NCBI GenBank assembly: GCA_951406725.2
Contig: OX597815.1
Coordinates: 192,200,001 to 192,264,000 of the forward strand
DNA: 64,000 nt
Direction: 5' to 3'
Origin: Octopus vulgaris
Lineage: Eukaryota
The notes below the pieces were generated by a model. It saw nothing but the letters and a program-made list of their open reading frames with translations. It ran no database searches and was not told where the DNA came from. The first letter of the stretch is position 1, and every line of letters starts with the position of its first letter. Below, in pieces: positions 1-11,272 of this stretch. The position numbers and the translations under genes were made by a program.

Positions 1-454
1 TTCTTGATTTTGGATAAATCAACCGACATCACTTGTGAAGAGCACTGATGTGTGTGTGTGTGTGTGTTTGTGTGCATTTGTGTGTGTGTGTTAGATATTC
101 TTATAAACAACAAAATAAATAAATGTGTATCACAGTTTTTTCTGGTTAATTCCTGTTCCAAAATTCCTGTCACCGAAATGCTGCACCAAGCTGTGGAAAA
201 GTTTGAGTAATGCTGGAATTATTATTAAGAACTGTTTTGCTATTGCAACAAATGGAGTTTTAAACCTTCCTGACATTAATAATTCTTTCTATGCATTAAT
301 GAAATTAGATAATCCAAACTTGATTCTCATAAAATGCATTTGTCACTCTTTCTGTTTTGCATGTTGCCATAATGTTGAAGAATTGCCTTTGAGCATCGAC
401 TGTCTGTTAAGAGGTGCTTACAACTTTTACTACAGACAAGTATTGTGGAGATGA
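1..454 (+). pseudogene. Degenerate hAT-superfamily transposase fragment
   Basis: Reads FLILDKSTDITCEEH*CV.. (DESTD..HLCV motif), then a (TG)n expansion, then RY..., CFAIATNG..., NPNLILIKCICHSFCFAC (CxCH motif). Has a stop and frame disruption. Confidence 0.7.
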
Positions 455-1009
455 TTTTGTATGGAAATGTAAGAATTAATCAATGATGGCATCAAGCCAT
501 TGGAAATGGTTTAGCATTCAGTCACAAATGGTAACTATGGAATGGTCTCTGTGTAAAAAGAAATGTTCTTCAGTGGTGTTTGTTTTATTTGTTGTGTCTT
601 CATGAAAAGGGTCTATTGCTCATGGACCTTGACAGCCTTCTGGGACCAGTGAGATTAATGCTGTTAATATAAGTTGGCAACAGCAAGAAAGACATATGTG
701 AGGGGGGGAATTCAAGAGGACTGAGGTTCTGAGGTGGTTGAACTGGCCTTAACAGTTAGAGCAGGAGCTTAGAGTTGAAATCAATATATGGGATATGAAG
801 GGGAGAGGGAGGAGCAGAATTGAGTAATTAAGAGGGCTTCAGTAGTGATAGCATGAGGTTAGCCAACTCCAAGAAGCAGGGGCCATTATAGTCATAGGAT
901 GAAATTAAGATTGAATTTTTCAAATGCCACAGCTTGCTTTCAAATACCCTGACACCATGTAAAAAAAAACATCCCTGTTGGTTCCACATAAAAGGCACCC
1001 ATGCCAGTA

Positions 1010-1222
1010 CCTATTTCTTTACTACACACAAGGGGCTAAACACAGAGAAGACAAACAGATTAAGTCGATTACATTGACCCCAGTGCATAACTGGTACTTA
1101 ATTTATCGACCCCGAAAGGATGAAAGGCAAAGTCGACCTTGGCGGAATTTGAACTCAGAACGTAACGGCAGACGAAATATGGCTACGCATTTCGCCCGGC
1201 GTGCTAACGGTTCTGCCAACTC
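1010..1222 (-). mobile_element. tRNA-derived SINE, family B (Meta-domain-like core)
   Basis: Minus strand has a B-box-like GAGTTCAAATTCC and core GGTCGACTTTGCCTTTCATCCTTTCGGGGTCGATAAATTAAGTACCAG. Other copies at about 4770-4980, 4999-5213, 5570-5720, 7803-8272, 27445-27905, 31515-31910, 41418-41630, 58935-59165. The Meta-domain label is from recall. Confidence 0.8.
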
Positions 1223-1614
1223 GCATGGTACTGGCACCCATGCCAGTACCATGTAATAATAAGCACTTCTGCTGGTGCCACATGAAAAAGGCACTCAGTA
1301 CTCTCTGTAAAGTGGTTGGCATTGGGAAGGGGATCCAACCGAAGGGACCCTGCCAAGACACAACTTGAACCTGGTGCAGCTCTTTGGCTTCATTACATCT
1401 ACTGAAAATCTCTGTTTTGTTTCTCCATTGACAAACAGGACAGATTGACACCAAGAATAGCATCTGGTCATAAAAATGGCCATTCCACCAATACCTCCCC
1501 ATCTTCGAACCTGTGGTTGTATGGCAAAACGGATGTTAAATAAATAATTGAACAAATTATCTCTCTCCCCTCCTCTCTCTCTCTATCTATCTATATATAC
1601 TCTTTTTTTTTTTT

Positions 1615-2012
1615 TTTTTACTTGTTTCATTCATTTAACTGCGGCCATGCTGGAGCACCGCCTTTAGTCGAGCGAATCGACCCCGAGACTTATTCTTTGT
1701 AAGCCCAGTACTTATTCTATCGGTCTCTTTTGCCGAAGCGCTAAGTTATGGGGACGTAAACACACCAGCATCGGTTGTCAAGCAATGCTAGGGGAACAGA
1801 CACACAAACATACATGCACACACGTATATATATATATACACATATATACGACGGGCTTCTTTTCAGTTTCCGTCTACCAAATCCACTCACAAGGCTTTGG
1901 TCGGCTCGAGGCTATAGTAGAAGACACTTGCCCAAGGTGCCACGCAGTGGGACTGAACCCGGAACCATGTGGTTGGTAAACAAGCTACTTACCACACAGC
2001 CACTCCTGCACC
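1615..2012 (-). mobile_element. tRNA-derived SINE, family A (about 400 bp, internal TA/CA microsatellite)
   Basis: Head GGAGTGGCTGTGTGGTAAG...GGTTCAGTCCC; tail GGTGCTCCAGCATGGCCGCAG...GAAACAAGTAAAA. About 20 copies in the window, both orientations. Confidence 0.88.
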
Positions 2013-2028
2013 TATATATATATATATA

Positions 2029-2238
2029 TCATCATCATCATCGTTTAATATCTGCTTTCCATGCTGGCATGGCTTGGACGGTTTGACTGTGGACTGGCAA
2101 GCCAGGAGGCTGCACCAGGTTCCAATCTGATCTGGCAAAGTTTTTCTACAGCTGGATGCCCTTCCTAACGCCAACCACTCTGGGAGTGTATTGGGCGCTT
2201 TTTATGTGCCACTGGTACAAGACCAGTCAGGCAGCATT

Positions 2239-2240
<2 letters not shown>
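2029..2240 (-). mobile_element. SINE family C with (GAT)n tail (RTE-type 3' end)
   Basis: Plus strand reads catcatcatcgtttaa..tccatgctggcatgg...ctacagctggatgcccttcctaacgccaaccactc. Other copies at about 8777-8980, 15385-15600, 17082-17420, 21078-21356, 42575-42850, 44020-44305, 44785-45115, 49603-50330, 51628-51928, 61660-62390. Confidence 0.82.
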
Positions 2241-2302
<62 letters not shown>

Positions 2303-2801
2303 TATATATATATGTTAGTAAGGTAAAATGCAAGCTGTCTGAAGAATTTCTAATTGAAAATTTCTTTCTTACATGTTCATCCAACATGTACAATTTTGTG
2401 ATTCCTATTAGCAAATGAAGCGTGTGTAATGGTGATAAATGATAGCCCAAATTTTCCAAATATGTACATGCATGTGTGTGTGTGTATTGTTGATGTCTCA
2501 AAAATTTATAATCTTTCAAGAGTACATGAAATAATTCCTTTTGAGAACAATGAATCTTGAAGCATATAAAGCTATGAACTATAGCATGTAAATATTGAAT
2601 GAACCCTTTTAGACATAAAAAGTCAAAATCTATGAGCAGCCTTTGACTTTTTCTATCCAAAAGGGGTTTTCAACCCGATATCGACATGGTATTAGCTATA
2701 GCGTTATGTGCTTCAAGATCCAATGTTCCAAAAAAGAATTAACTATATCTATTTATCTATCTATCTAATTTATTTATATGTATACATACATACTTATATG
2801 C

Positions 2802-2896
2802 CAGTGGTTCCCAACCTTTTCACAGTGGTTTCCAACCCCTTTTATTTAAATGGGTTTTCTCATGGACCCCTTTTACTATGCTCATCCTTATGTATA

Positions 2897-2952
<56 letters not shown>

Positions 2953-3044
2953 GAAGTGAAATTTTGAATTTAGTTCATGGACCCCCAGTTCTCCCTTTGC
3001 AGAGCACCAGGGTTCCGTGGACCCCAGGTTGGTGGGAACTACTG
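2802..3044. mobile_element. hAT (Charlie-like) MITE
   Basis: Termini CAGTGGTTCCCAACC and GGTGGGAACTACTG; flanking 8-mers ttatatgc and atatatgt (6/8) fit a decayed 8-bp target-site duplication. Confidence 0.7.
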
Positions 3045-4998
3045 ATATATGTACTTATATAAAACAAGCTATGAATAATGGTCATTATATATTTTTCCTT
3101 CATTGGAGCAAATTTGGCTTACAGCCGTTTCCAGTACTCGTTATAGGTTCGTTGCTAACAGGCTTACTCAATTGGTCTATTGATCAGTTGAGAAAAATCG
3201 AATGACCCCCCCAAAATTTAATGCTTCTTTTGTCAGAGCCATTTCTAGTTATAACAAAGCAGCAGTTATTTTAAAACTATTGTGATTTCTGGCTATTATA
3301 AGTATCATTTATCCCCTTTTGTTAGCTACAAGACTTGACTCTCTCGTTCCAATGTTACAAACCTTCATCTTTTAAAGAGATCTAAATTTAAACCTGCCAT
3401 TAAAATTTTACATTAATTTGCTTCAAACACCTGTTTAATAGCGACGATATCATTTTATTAAATTCTTCTTTATTTTCGATATTAATAGAGTCAAAAACAG
3501 TACATTTCAATAGAGATTTGGTAACAAAGGGGTTAAATTTAGTCTTCACAATCATTTCCTTCGTTATATCACGTTTGTAGTTTTGGCTGGAAGGGGGTCT
3601 TTAAAATATTAGTGAACTGACACATAATTATAGGTATCTGTACCTTGTTCATAGTAACAAAAAAAAAAAAAAAAAAGGTTGTAATGGGTTAAGTTTTCTC
3701 AGATTATATTGAATATCAATTAAAGAAAGAAAAACTTTGGAAATTTTAGTATTTTTGATAAGATACTTCAAAACTGTACCTTACATTTTGCAGTATAATA
3801 TTGACAAATCATCAATTAAATATTGTTCTAATTAAAATTACAAGATTTATTAAAAAATTCAATATGTAATTTTGTTGTGTTTTTTTTCTGTTATTGTTTT
3901 TATAAGATCAAAAAAATAAATAAATTCTTTGTGATTCTCAAAGAAAAAGACAATTCAATAGAACTGTCAAACAATGCTTGATTAATAAAATAAGATTACT
4001 TCCTTTATGTGTTTCCTTTCATTGGATAATTTCCATAGAAATAAATTACAAAAAAAAACATTTTTTTCAGAAATTTAAATTTTTTCTTTCATTTCAAAAT
4101 TTATATTTCATTTTTCTTTTTATTTCAAGAAAGGGTATGATTTTGTTATTATTTAACAAAAATTTCTTCATCATCATCATCAACATCATTATCCTCATCA
4201 TCATTAATAATAATAATAATAATAATAATATATATATATATATATATATTTTCTCAATGTTTTTACGTGCTTTTCTCTCTTTTGAATATAATTTCATATT
4301 TTGAAAATTTCCATTTATGAATAAACATTTAGTTTAGTATGAAGGTGAGGCGGTGTGAAGGGAGGGGGAAAAAAATGAAGGAAGGAGTGGGGGGTGGGGT
4401 GGGGAGACTGCTGAATGAAAAATCCCCCCCAATCTGAAATAATAAAAAGCAGAAAGGAAAACAGAAAGTGGCCAGTGTTCTGTTATATGACAATTGTGAT
4501 TAAAAAGAAAAGAAAAATTATTTTTGAATATGGAAATGAAATAATTTAGCATCGGAATTCTTTAATAATTTATATTGCTAGAGATGAAGTAGAACTGAAG
4601 AACGGAAAAGTGTAGATGAAGTAGCGTTAAAGAAGAGAGGTAAATTACTTCTGCATCTACATTTATAATTATACCAATACATGCCATTACCAATTAAAAA
4701 AATCAGTGTAATTACTAATGAAAGAATAAGTGTAAATTTTTATTTATTTATTTGTAATGGTGATAGTGGGAAGCTGGCGGAATTGTTAGCACACTAGACA
4801 AAATACTACAAAGCAATTTTTCGGTTTTTATTTTCTGAGTTCAAATTCTGCTGAGGTCAACTTCACCTTTCATCTTTTTGGGGCTGATGAAATAAGTACC
4901 AGTTGTCTTCTGGGGGAGGATGTAATCGGTCATTCTTCTCCCTCAAAATTTCGGGTCTTGTACCAACAGTAGAAAGAATTATATTATCATTATGATTA

Positions 4999-5213
4999 AG
5001 GTAGCGAGCTGGCAGAATTGTTAGCACACCAGACAAAATGCTCAGCGGTATTTCATCTGCTGCTACGTTCTGAGTTCAAATTCCGCCGAGGTCGACTTTA
5101 CTTTTCATCCTTTTGGGGATCAATAAAATAAGTACCAGTTGAACACTGGGGTCGATGTAAGCGATTCATCTCCTCCCACAAAATTTCTACCCTTGTGGCA
5201 AAATTTGAAACCA
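4999..5213 (+). mobile_element. SINE family B copy
   Basis: GAGCTGGCAGAATTGTTAGC...GTTCTGAGTTCAAATTCCGCCGAGGTCGAC...AAGTACCAG. Confidence 0.8.
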
Positions 5214-5724
5214 TTATTATTATTATTATTATTATTCCGTGAATTGGAGAGAAGGAATTGGAGAGGACACTTGCTCTTGAGATTTCAGGGAAATCTCAGA
5301 CAACAAAGTTCTTGATTATCCCTAGAGGCCTTCCTGTATCAGGAGGGCCACATCTCTATCATCCTCCCCACCACTTTTATTTTCAAGACCTTTGTATGCT
5401 CTGCATATGTCCCTTCCTTTTCAGGGTATACCATGTTTACTTACTTTTTTTTATCATTTCATTATATGTAACCCCCCACACATTATGTCTGTCTTTGTAT
5501 TGTCCCCCTCATCCTTTGCCCTTGTGGCAAATAAATGAAACCAATATTATAATTATTATTATGAAAACAAAGATAGTGAGCTGGCGGAATTGTCAGCATG
5601 CCAGACAAACTGTTTGGTAACGTATCCTCTGTCTCTATGTTCTGAGACTAAATTCTACCAAGATTGACTTTGCATTTCTCTCTTTTGGGTTCAATGAAAT
5701 AAGTACCAGTTAACTTCTGGGGGT

Positions 5725-6232
5725 GGAGGCATGTGGGTGAGTGGTTAGGGTGTCAGTATCATGATCGTAAGATTGTGGTTTCCATTCCTGGACCGGGCGA
5801 CGCGTTGTGTTCTTGAGCAAAACACTTCATTTCACGTTGCTCCAGTCCACTCAGCTGGCAAAAATAAGTAACGCTGCAATGGACTAGTGTCCCATCCAGC
5901 TGGGGAACACATACGCCATAAAAACCAGGAAACTGGGCCCATGAACCTGGCTAGGCTTTAAAAGGGCACATTTATTAAGTGAGGTGCGTGGGTGAATGGT
6001 TAGGGTGTCAGCATCATGATCATAAGATTGTGGTTTCGATTCCTGGACCAGGCGACGTGTTGTGTTCTTGAGCAAAACACTTCATTTTCGCATTGCTCCA
6101 GTTCACTCAGCTGGCAAAAATGAGTAACGCTGTGATGGACTGGCGTCCCGTCCAGCTGGGGAACACATACGCCATTGAAACTGGGAAACTGGGCCCATGA
6201 ACCTGGCTAGGCTTTAAAAAGGGTGCATTTAT
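5725..6232 (+). mobile_element. Head-to-tail dimer of a tRNA-derived SINE with CORE-like segment (family D)
   Basis: Two similar units of about 250 bp (5725-5975, 5980-6232) with A box GAGTGGTTAGG, B box GGTTTCGATTCC and TTGAGCAAAACACTTCATTTCACGTTGCTCCAGTCCACTCAGCTG. Inserted within a family B remnant. Related heads at about 46965-47060 (+) and 57080-57395 (-). Confidence 0.8.
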
Positions 6233-6799
6233 ATTTTTTTTTTATTTAACTTCTGGGGGCAGTGTAACTGACTATCCTTCTCCTTCAAAATTTCAGACTT
6301 TTTATTTACAGCAGAAAGAATTATTTGTAATGGTAAAGACAGGCAATTGCCAGAATTGTTAATATGCCGGATGATATGTTTAAATTTCACCAAGATTGAA
6401 TTTGGTTTTCATCCCCCCAGAGTCATTGAAATAAGCACCAGTTGAACACTTGGGTTGATGTAATTAACTAACCCCTTAACCCCCATGCAATATTTCAGGC
6501 CTTGTGCCTAAAGTAGAAAGAATTATTTGTAATGGTTATAATCAGAAGAATATGGCTTCTACTCATAATCTTTTGTTGTACCTGTGTCTGGAAATGATTG
6601 CATGAAATTCCTCTAGACCTGAGACCTGTCCCCAAAGTTTGCAACAAAGACATCCAAAGGTCAAGTCTTGCTTTGGCATGATTTTTACAGCTGGATGCTC
6701 TTCCTAATGCCAAACATTTTTACAGAGCAGAATGGCTGCTTTTAACACGATATCAGCACTTCGCTCCAATATAGTTTTAGATATCCTTATATAAGGTAA

Positions 6800-7204
6800 C
6801 TAACAGTGTCGCCTGGCGTTGCTCGGGTTTGTTTCGACCCTTTATAATTGGAATTTCTGAAAAGTAAAAATTTTGCATTATGTAGCTTGTTATTCTCTTT
6901 AAGTGAACATTTTTCTGGTTGAAATACACTGTAAAATGGCGACACGGCAGTCAAAAGATCGTAAAAAATAGGGATTTTCATAGAAAAAGAAAGCACCTTT
7001 TTGATGTAAATAATTTTTGGTGTTAACATGGTCCGATTTGAATTTTTTCTTCTACAGAAGGAAGAGCAAGCCTTCTTCTATCATATTCTCAATTTTGGTC
7101 AACTTGCACTGCAGCGGGGTCTCGGAGGAGATAGTGTTAGTTGAAGGCTACCAAACCTGCCACATACACACACACAGACAACTTCAGCTTTATATATAAA
7201 GAGA
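6800..7204 (-). mobile_element. Non-autonomous Helitron
   Basis: Minus strand begins A|TCTCTTTATATATAAAG and ends CCCGAGCAACGCCAGGCGACACTGTTAG|T: 5' TC, subterminal hairpin, CTAG-like end, inserted between A and T. Second copy at 59945-60330 has an intact CTAG. Confidence 0.75.
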
Positions 7205-7249
7205 TTTGGGTTGCTATTTCTCCCAGATCAAATGTAAAAAAAAAAATAT

Positions 7250-7790
7250 CCTCTTTTTTCCTTCAGAGAAATATTCCTTTTTCTACATTAATCATCCACT
7301 AGATACCATCCACCCTTCACAGGCGGACTACCACGGATTACTATCTCAAATTTTTTATCCTCTCCTTATACATTCACTGTATTTTAAGTCTTTCCAAATT
7401 TGATAATCTCCTCATGTAATTCTTGGATTTCCTCTTCCGCCTCTTTCCAGGTTCCATTTTGGCTTCTATTACCTTCTATTGCCTTCCATTAATGGTCTCT
7501 ATAAACCATTTTTTTCTAATTTAGTGTCCATAACATTTTTAGTTTTACCTCTTTGGTGACTAATAAAATATTCTTAGTTTCTGCCATTCTTAGTTCTTCA
7601 TTATTATTTTTGTATTTTGTCCATAATGTTCTGAAAATTCTTTTATGTCACCACATTTCAAACACTTTGAATATAATTTATAATTCTCTAATACTTTAAT
7701 GTCCATGTTTCAGCTAAATGGACCATGTGTGACATTTTAATAATTCTTTTCTAGTTTCAATATATTAAGGCGTTTTAGTATCGGTAAGTC
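7250..7790 (-). mobile_element. Highly degenerate RTE-clade LINE 3' fragment
   Basis: Minus-strand remnants FEMW*HKRIFRTLWTKYKNNNEEL and EPGKRRKRK resemble the RTE FEMWCYRR.L.ISW..TNEEV and GKRRRGRP motifs. Confidence 0.55.
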
Positions 7791-7888
7791 TGACCTAGAA
7801 TAAGGCGGCATTCTGTCAGAATTGTTACCATGCTGGATAAAAAAGCTTGGTGGTGTTTCTCTCGACTTTACGTTCTGGGTTCAAATCC

Positions 7889-8145
7889 CACCTTGTGAAA
7901 GGTAAGAGAGTCCAGTTTGCTGGACATTGTTGTAGAGCTGAAAAAGAGGTAATTTCTACTCTTCTCCTCTGGAAGCCATCTACTTGCAATACCAGAGGGC
8001 GCACACTCTCCTACCCTGATGTAATCTCCAGGGATACAGGCATCCAGCAACAGGACCTCCATAATGCCATGATGGACCATGAAGTCTGGCGTAGCATGGT
8101 AAATTCCATTGTCTCGACCACGGTCGAACAATGATGATGATGATG
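7889..8145 (+). mobile_element. 5'-truncated RTE/RTEX-type LINE end nested in a family B SINE
   Basis: LVKGKRVQFAGHCCRAEKEVISTLLLWKP...RGRTLSYPDVISRDTG...AMMDHEVWR, stop, then (TGA)n tail. SINE sequence resumes at gtggtcgactttg. Confidence 0.75.
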
Positions 8146-8329
8146 TGGTCGACTTTGTCTTTCATCCTTTCAAGGTCAATAAATCAAGTACCAGTTGAGC
8201 ACTGGGATTAATGTAATCGACTGACCCCCCTCCCTCCAAAATTGCTGGCCTTGTGCCAAAATTTGAAATCAATGTTTGGTTTAAGCCTTTAGCATTCAGA
8301 TTACTCTGTTGAATGTAATGCTTATTTTG

Positions 8330-8710
8330 TTCTTTTACTGGTTTCAATCATTTTCACTGTGGCCATGCTGGAGCACCGCCTTTAGTCGAATAAATCGACC
8401 CCCAGGATTTATTCTTTGTAAGCTTGGTACTTATTCTATTGGTCTCTTTTGCTGAACTGCTAATTACAGGGATGTAAACACACCAACATCGGTTGTCAAG
8501 CGATGGCGGTGGGGACAAACGCAGACACACAAACATACACACACATATATATATTCGACTGGGGCTTCTTTCAGTTTCTGTCTACCAGATCAACTCACAA
8601 AGCTTTGGTCGGCTTGAAGCTATAGCAGAAGACACTTGCCCAAGGTACCACACAGTGGGACTGAACCTGGAACCATATGGTTAGTAAACAAGCTACTTAC
8701 AACAGACCCG
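8330..8710 (-). mobile_element. SINE family A copy nested in a piggyBac-type MITE (about 8281-9103)
   Basis: Family A sequence interrupts an element ttaagcctttagcattcagattac...gatagggttaa that matches the MITE at 61680-61899. Confidence 0.75.
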
Positions 8711-9174
8711 CTCATTCATATTGTTTTGAATTTATCCTGCATTATCTCGTAGCCTTGAAATTTTGATGATGATGATGATCATCATCATTGTTTAACGTCT
8801 GTTTTCCGCGCTAGCACGGGTTGGACGGTTCGACCGGGGTCTGGGAAGCCAGGGCTGCACCAGGCTCCAGTCTGATCTGGCAGTGTTTCTACAGCTGATG
8901 CCCTTCCTAACGCCAACCACTCCGCGAGTGTAGTGTGTGCTTTTTACGTGCCACCTGCACAGGTGCTAGGGGGGGGGGTCTGGCGATGTGATTGTTTATT
9001 TTTAGAATGACATTGAAGGTGAGAGGTCAGATCTGGCCAGTTTGACCATATAGCAAGTAGAATATTTTGGCCAGAGATGACCAGTTTAAATGTGATAGGG
9101 TTAAAAGAACAACTTGAATATCGTTTCACAAATGATATATTAATTTTCCTTCTTCTTTTTCCATTTTATTCCAG

Positions 9175-9398
9175 AACCGAAATGTAGTCCGGTGGTTTAT
9201 ATTTGGTTTACGGAACAAGGTATTACCGTTTCTTGAAACTTACGACACATCTGAGAATTGGAAGAAGAAAAAGCCTCTTCATTATTATGACTTAGCAGAA
9301 TGTAAGCAAATCACATACAATGCAGGGAATCACCTTACGAATTATTCCTTTTGTTTGTTGTTACCTGACAAAGTTTTAGAATTGAAAGCAAAAAATAG
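9175..9398 (+). CDS. Internal coding exon, PH-domain core of a PH + Pro-rich + PDZ-like docking protein (PLEKHS1/GAB-like)
   Basis: Polypyrimidine tract and ccag acceptor (9171-9174); donor AG|gtaaat at 9399. 224 nt open frame, phase 0 to 2: NRNVVRWFIFGLRNKVLPFLETYDTSENWKKKKPLHYYDLAECKQITYNAGNHLTNYSFCLLLPDKVLELKAKN. RWF, LETY, KP..YDL..C..I, F.L....VLEL.A match the PH beta2-beta7 pattern. Not in the ORF track. Linking it to the downstream exons is inference. Confidence 0.85.
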
Positions 9399-9753
9399 GT
9401 AAATATATATATATTTTTTTAAAAACTTTTTTTATAAACTCTGGTATTTTTTTTTTCTTGTTATATATGCTGGTGCCATGTAAAAAAAAAGCCCCATGTG
9501 CCAGCCAAAAGCATGTGTATTGGGGGCTTGCGAACACACACACACCTGAATGCACAACAGACACATGAACACACACATGCATACACGACTGGCTTCTTTA
9601 AAGTTTCTGTCTCACAAATTCCATTCACAAAGTATTGGCCAACCCACAGGTATCATAGAACACACTTGGCCCAGGTGTCGCACAAGGAAATTGAACCTGA
9701 AGCTATATCATTATGAAACTAATTTCGTAACCACACATCCATCTCTGTATCTT

Positions 9754-10454
9754 AATACCAACCTGGTTGAAACCGGCTCTGGCTCTGAGTACAAATGTCT
9801 TGTTTTCATAAGTTTTGAATTAAAATCTTCCACCAAGCCTTAGTCACAATTTATGTTCCTAACACTAGCTTAACAATAGCTAGGTTATTTTACTAAATTC
9901 TTTGTTATATTTAAAATAATTGAGAGAAATATAGGGCATCTTAAACAGAAATATGGTAACAAAAGGGTTAAAAAATGATTAATTTAACCCTTTCGATACC
10001 AACCTGCCTGAAACTGCTTCTGGCTTTGGAGTACAAATGTCTTGTTTTCATAAGTTCTGAATTAAAATCTTCCACCAAACCTTACTCACAATTTATGTTC
10101 CTAACACTAGCTGAATGATAACTAAGTTATTTTACTAAATTCTTTGTTATATTTAAAATAATTGAGAGAAATATAGGGCATCTTAAACAGAAATATGGTA
10201 ACAAAAGGGTTAAAAAATGATTAATTTAACCCTTTCGATACCAACCTGCCTGAAACTGCTTCTGGCTTTGGAGTACAAATGTCTTGTTTTCATAAGTTCT
10301 GAATTAAAATCTTCCACCAAACCTTACTCACAATTTATGTTCCTAACACTAGCTGAATGATAACTAAGTTATTTTACTAAATTCTTTGTTATATTTAAAA
10401 TAATTGAAAGAAACACAGAGCATCTCCACAGAAATATTGTAATGAAAGGGTTAA
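9754..10454. mobile_element. Tandem trimer (242-bp period) of a piggyBac-type MITE
   Basis: Units about 9754-9967 (5'-truncated), 9988-10209 and 10230-10450. Complete units are TTAA|CCCTTTCGATACCA...TGGTAA(C/T)(A/G)AAAGGG|TTAA. Confidence 0.8.
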
Positions 10455-10562
10455 CAAAAACATATTGGCCCAGAATGCTACTGGAGTAGAACTTTTACAC
10501 ACTCACAGAACATTTTAAACAACGCCACACAATGTTTTAGAAGAATTTTACATTCAATTATT

Positions 10563-11272
10563 CTTTTACTTGTTTCAGTCATTTGACTGTGGCCATGCTG
10601 GAGCACTGCCTTTAGTCGAGCAAATCGACCCCAGAACTTATTTTTTGTAAGCCTATTACTTATTCTACCAGTCTCTTTTGCCGAACTGCTAAGTTACGGG
10701 GGACGTAAACATCCCAGCATTAGTTGTCAAGCGATGTTGGGGGTCAAACACAGACACACACACTATATATATATATATATATATACGACGGGCTTCTTCC
10801 AGTTTCCGTTTACCAAATCCACTCACAAGGCTTTGGTCAGCTCGAGGCTATAGTAGAAGACACCTGCCCAAGCTGCCAAGCAGTGGGACTGAACCCTGCA
10901 CCATGTGGTTGGTAAGCAAGCTACTTAGCACACAGCCACTCCTGCGCCACTTTTTTTTTTCTGTGTATACTCATTTACTTGCTTCAGTCTTCTTGGTATT
11001 CTATCAGTCTCTTTTGCCGAACCACTAAGTTATCGCAACATAAACACACCAGCATCGGTTGCCAAGCGATGGTGGGGGGACAAACACAAACAAACACATA
11101 TATATATACGACGGGCTTCTTTCAGTTTCCATCTACCAAATCCATCCACAAGGCTTTGGTCAGCCTGAGGCTATAGTAGAAGATACTTGCCCAAGTTGCC
11201 ACACAGTGGGACTGAACCTGGAACCATGTGGTTTCTAAGCAAGCTACTTACCACACAGCCTCTCCTGCGCCT
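10563..11272 (-). mobile_element. Two tandem SINE family A copies
   Basis: About 10563-10947 (full) and 10990-11272 (3'-truncated). Confidence 0.82.

Noticed and set aside
620-960. Possible minus-strand LINE remnant; also an L1/Tx1-like 3' end at about 5236-5540
   Set aside because: Too degenerate to support a diagnostic motif.
1775-2086. Recurrent short ORFs such as YQIHSQGFGR..EDTCPRCHAVGLNPEPCGW
   Set aside because: Translations of non-coding SINE copies; they recur because the repeat recurs.
4583-4639. Possible upstream exon ending AG|gtaaat
   Set aside because: The frame compatible with phase 0 at 9175 contains a stop and no PH beta1 motif is seen; at most a non-coding exon.
5725-5795. 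Possible tRNA genes at SINE heads and at 29006-29080
   Set aside because: A/B boxes are present but I could not fold a complete cloverleaf, and the sequence continues into repeat bodies.
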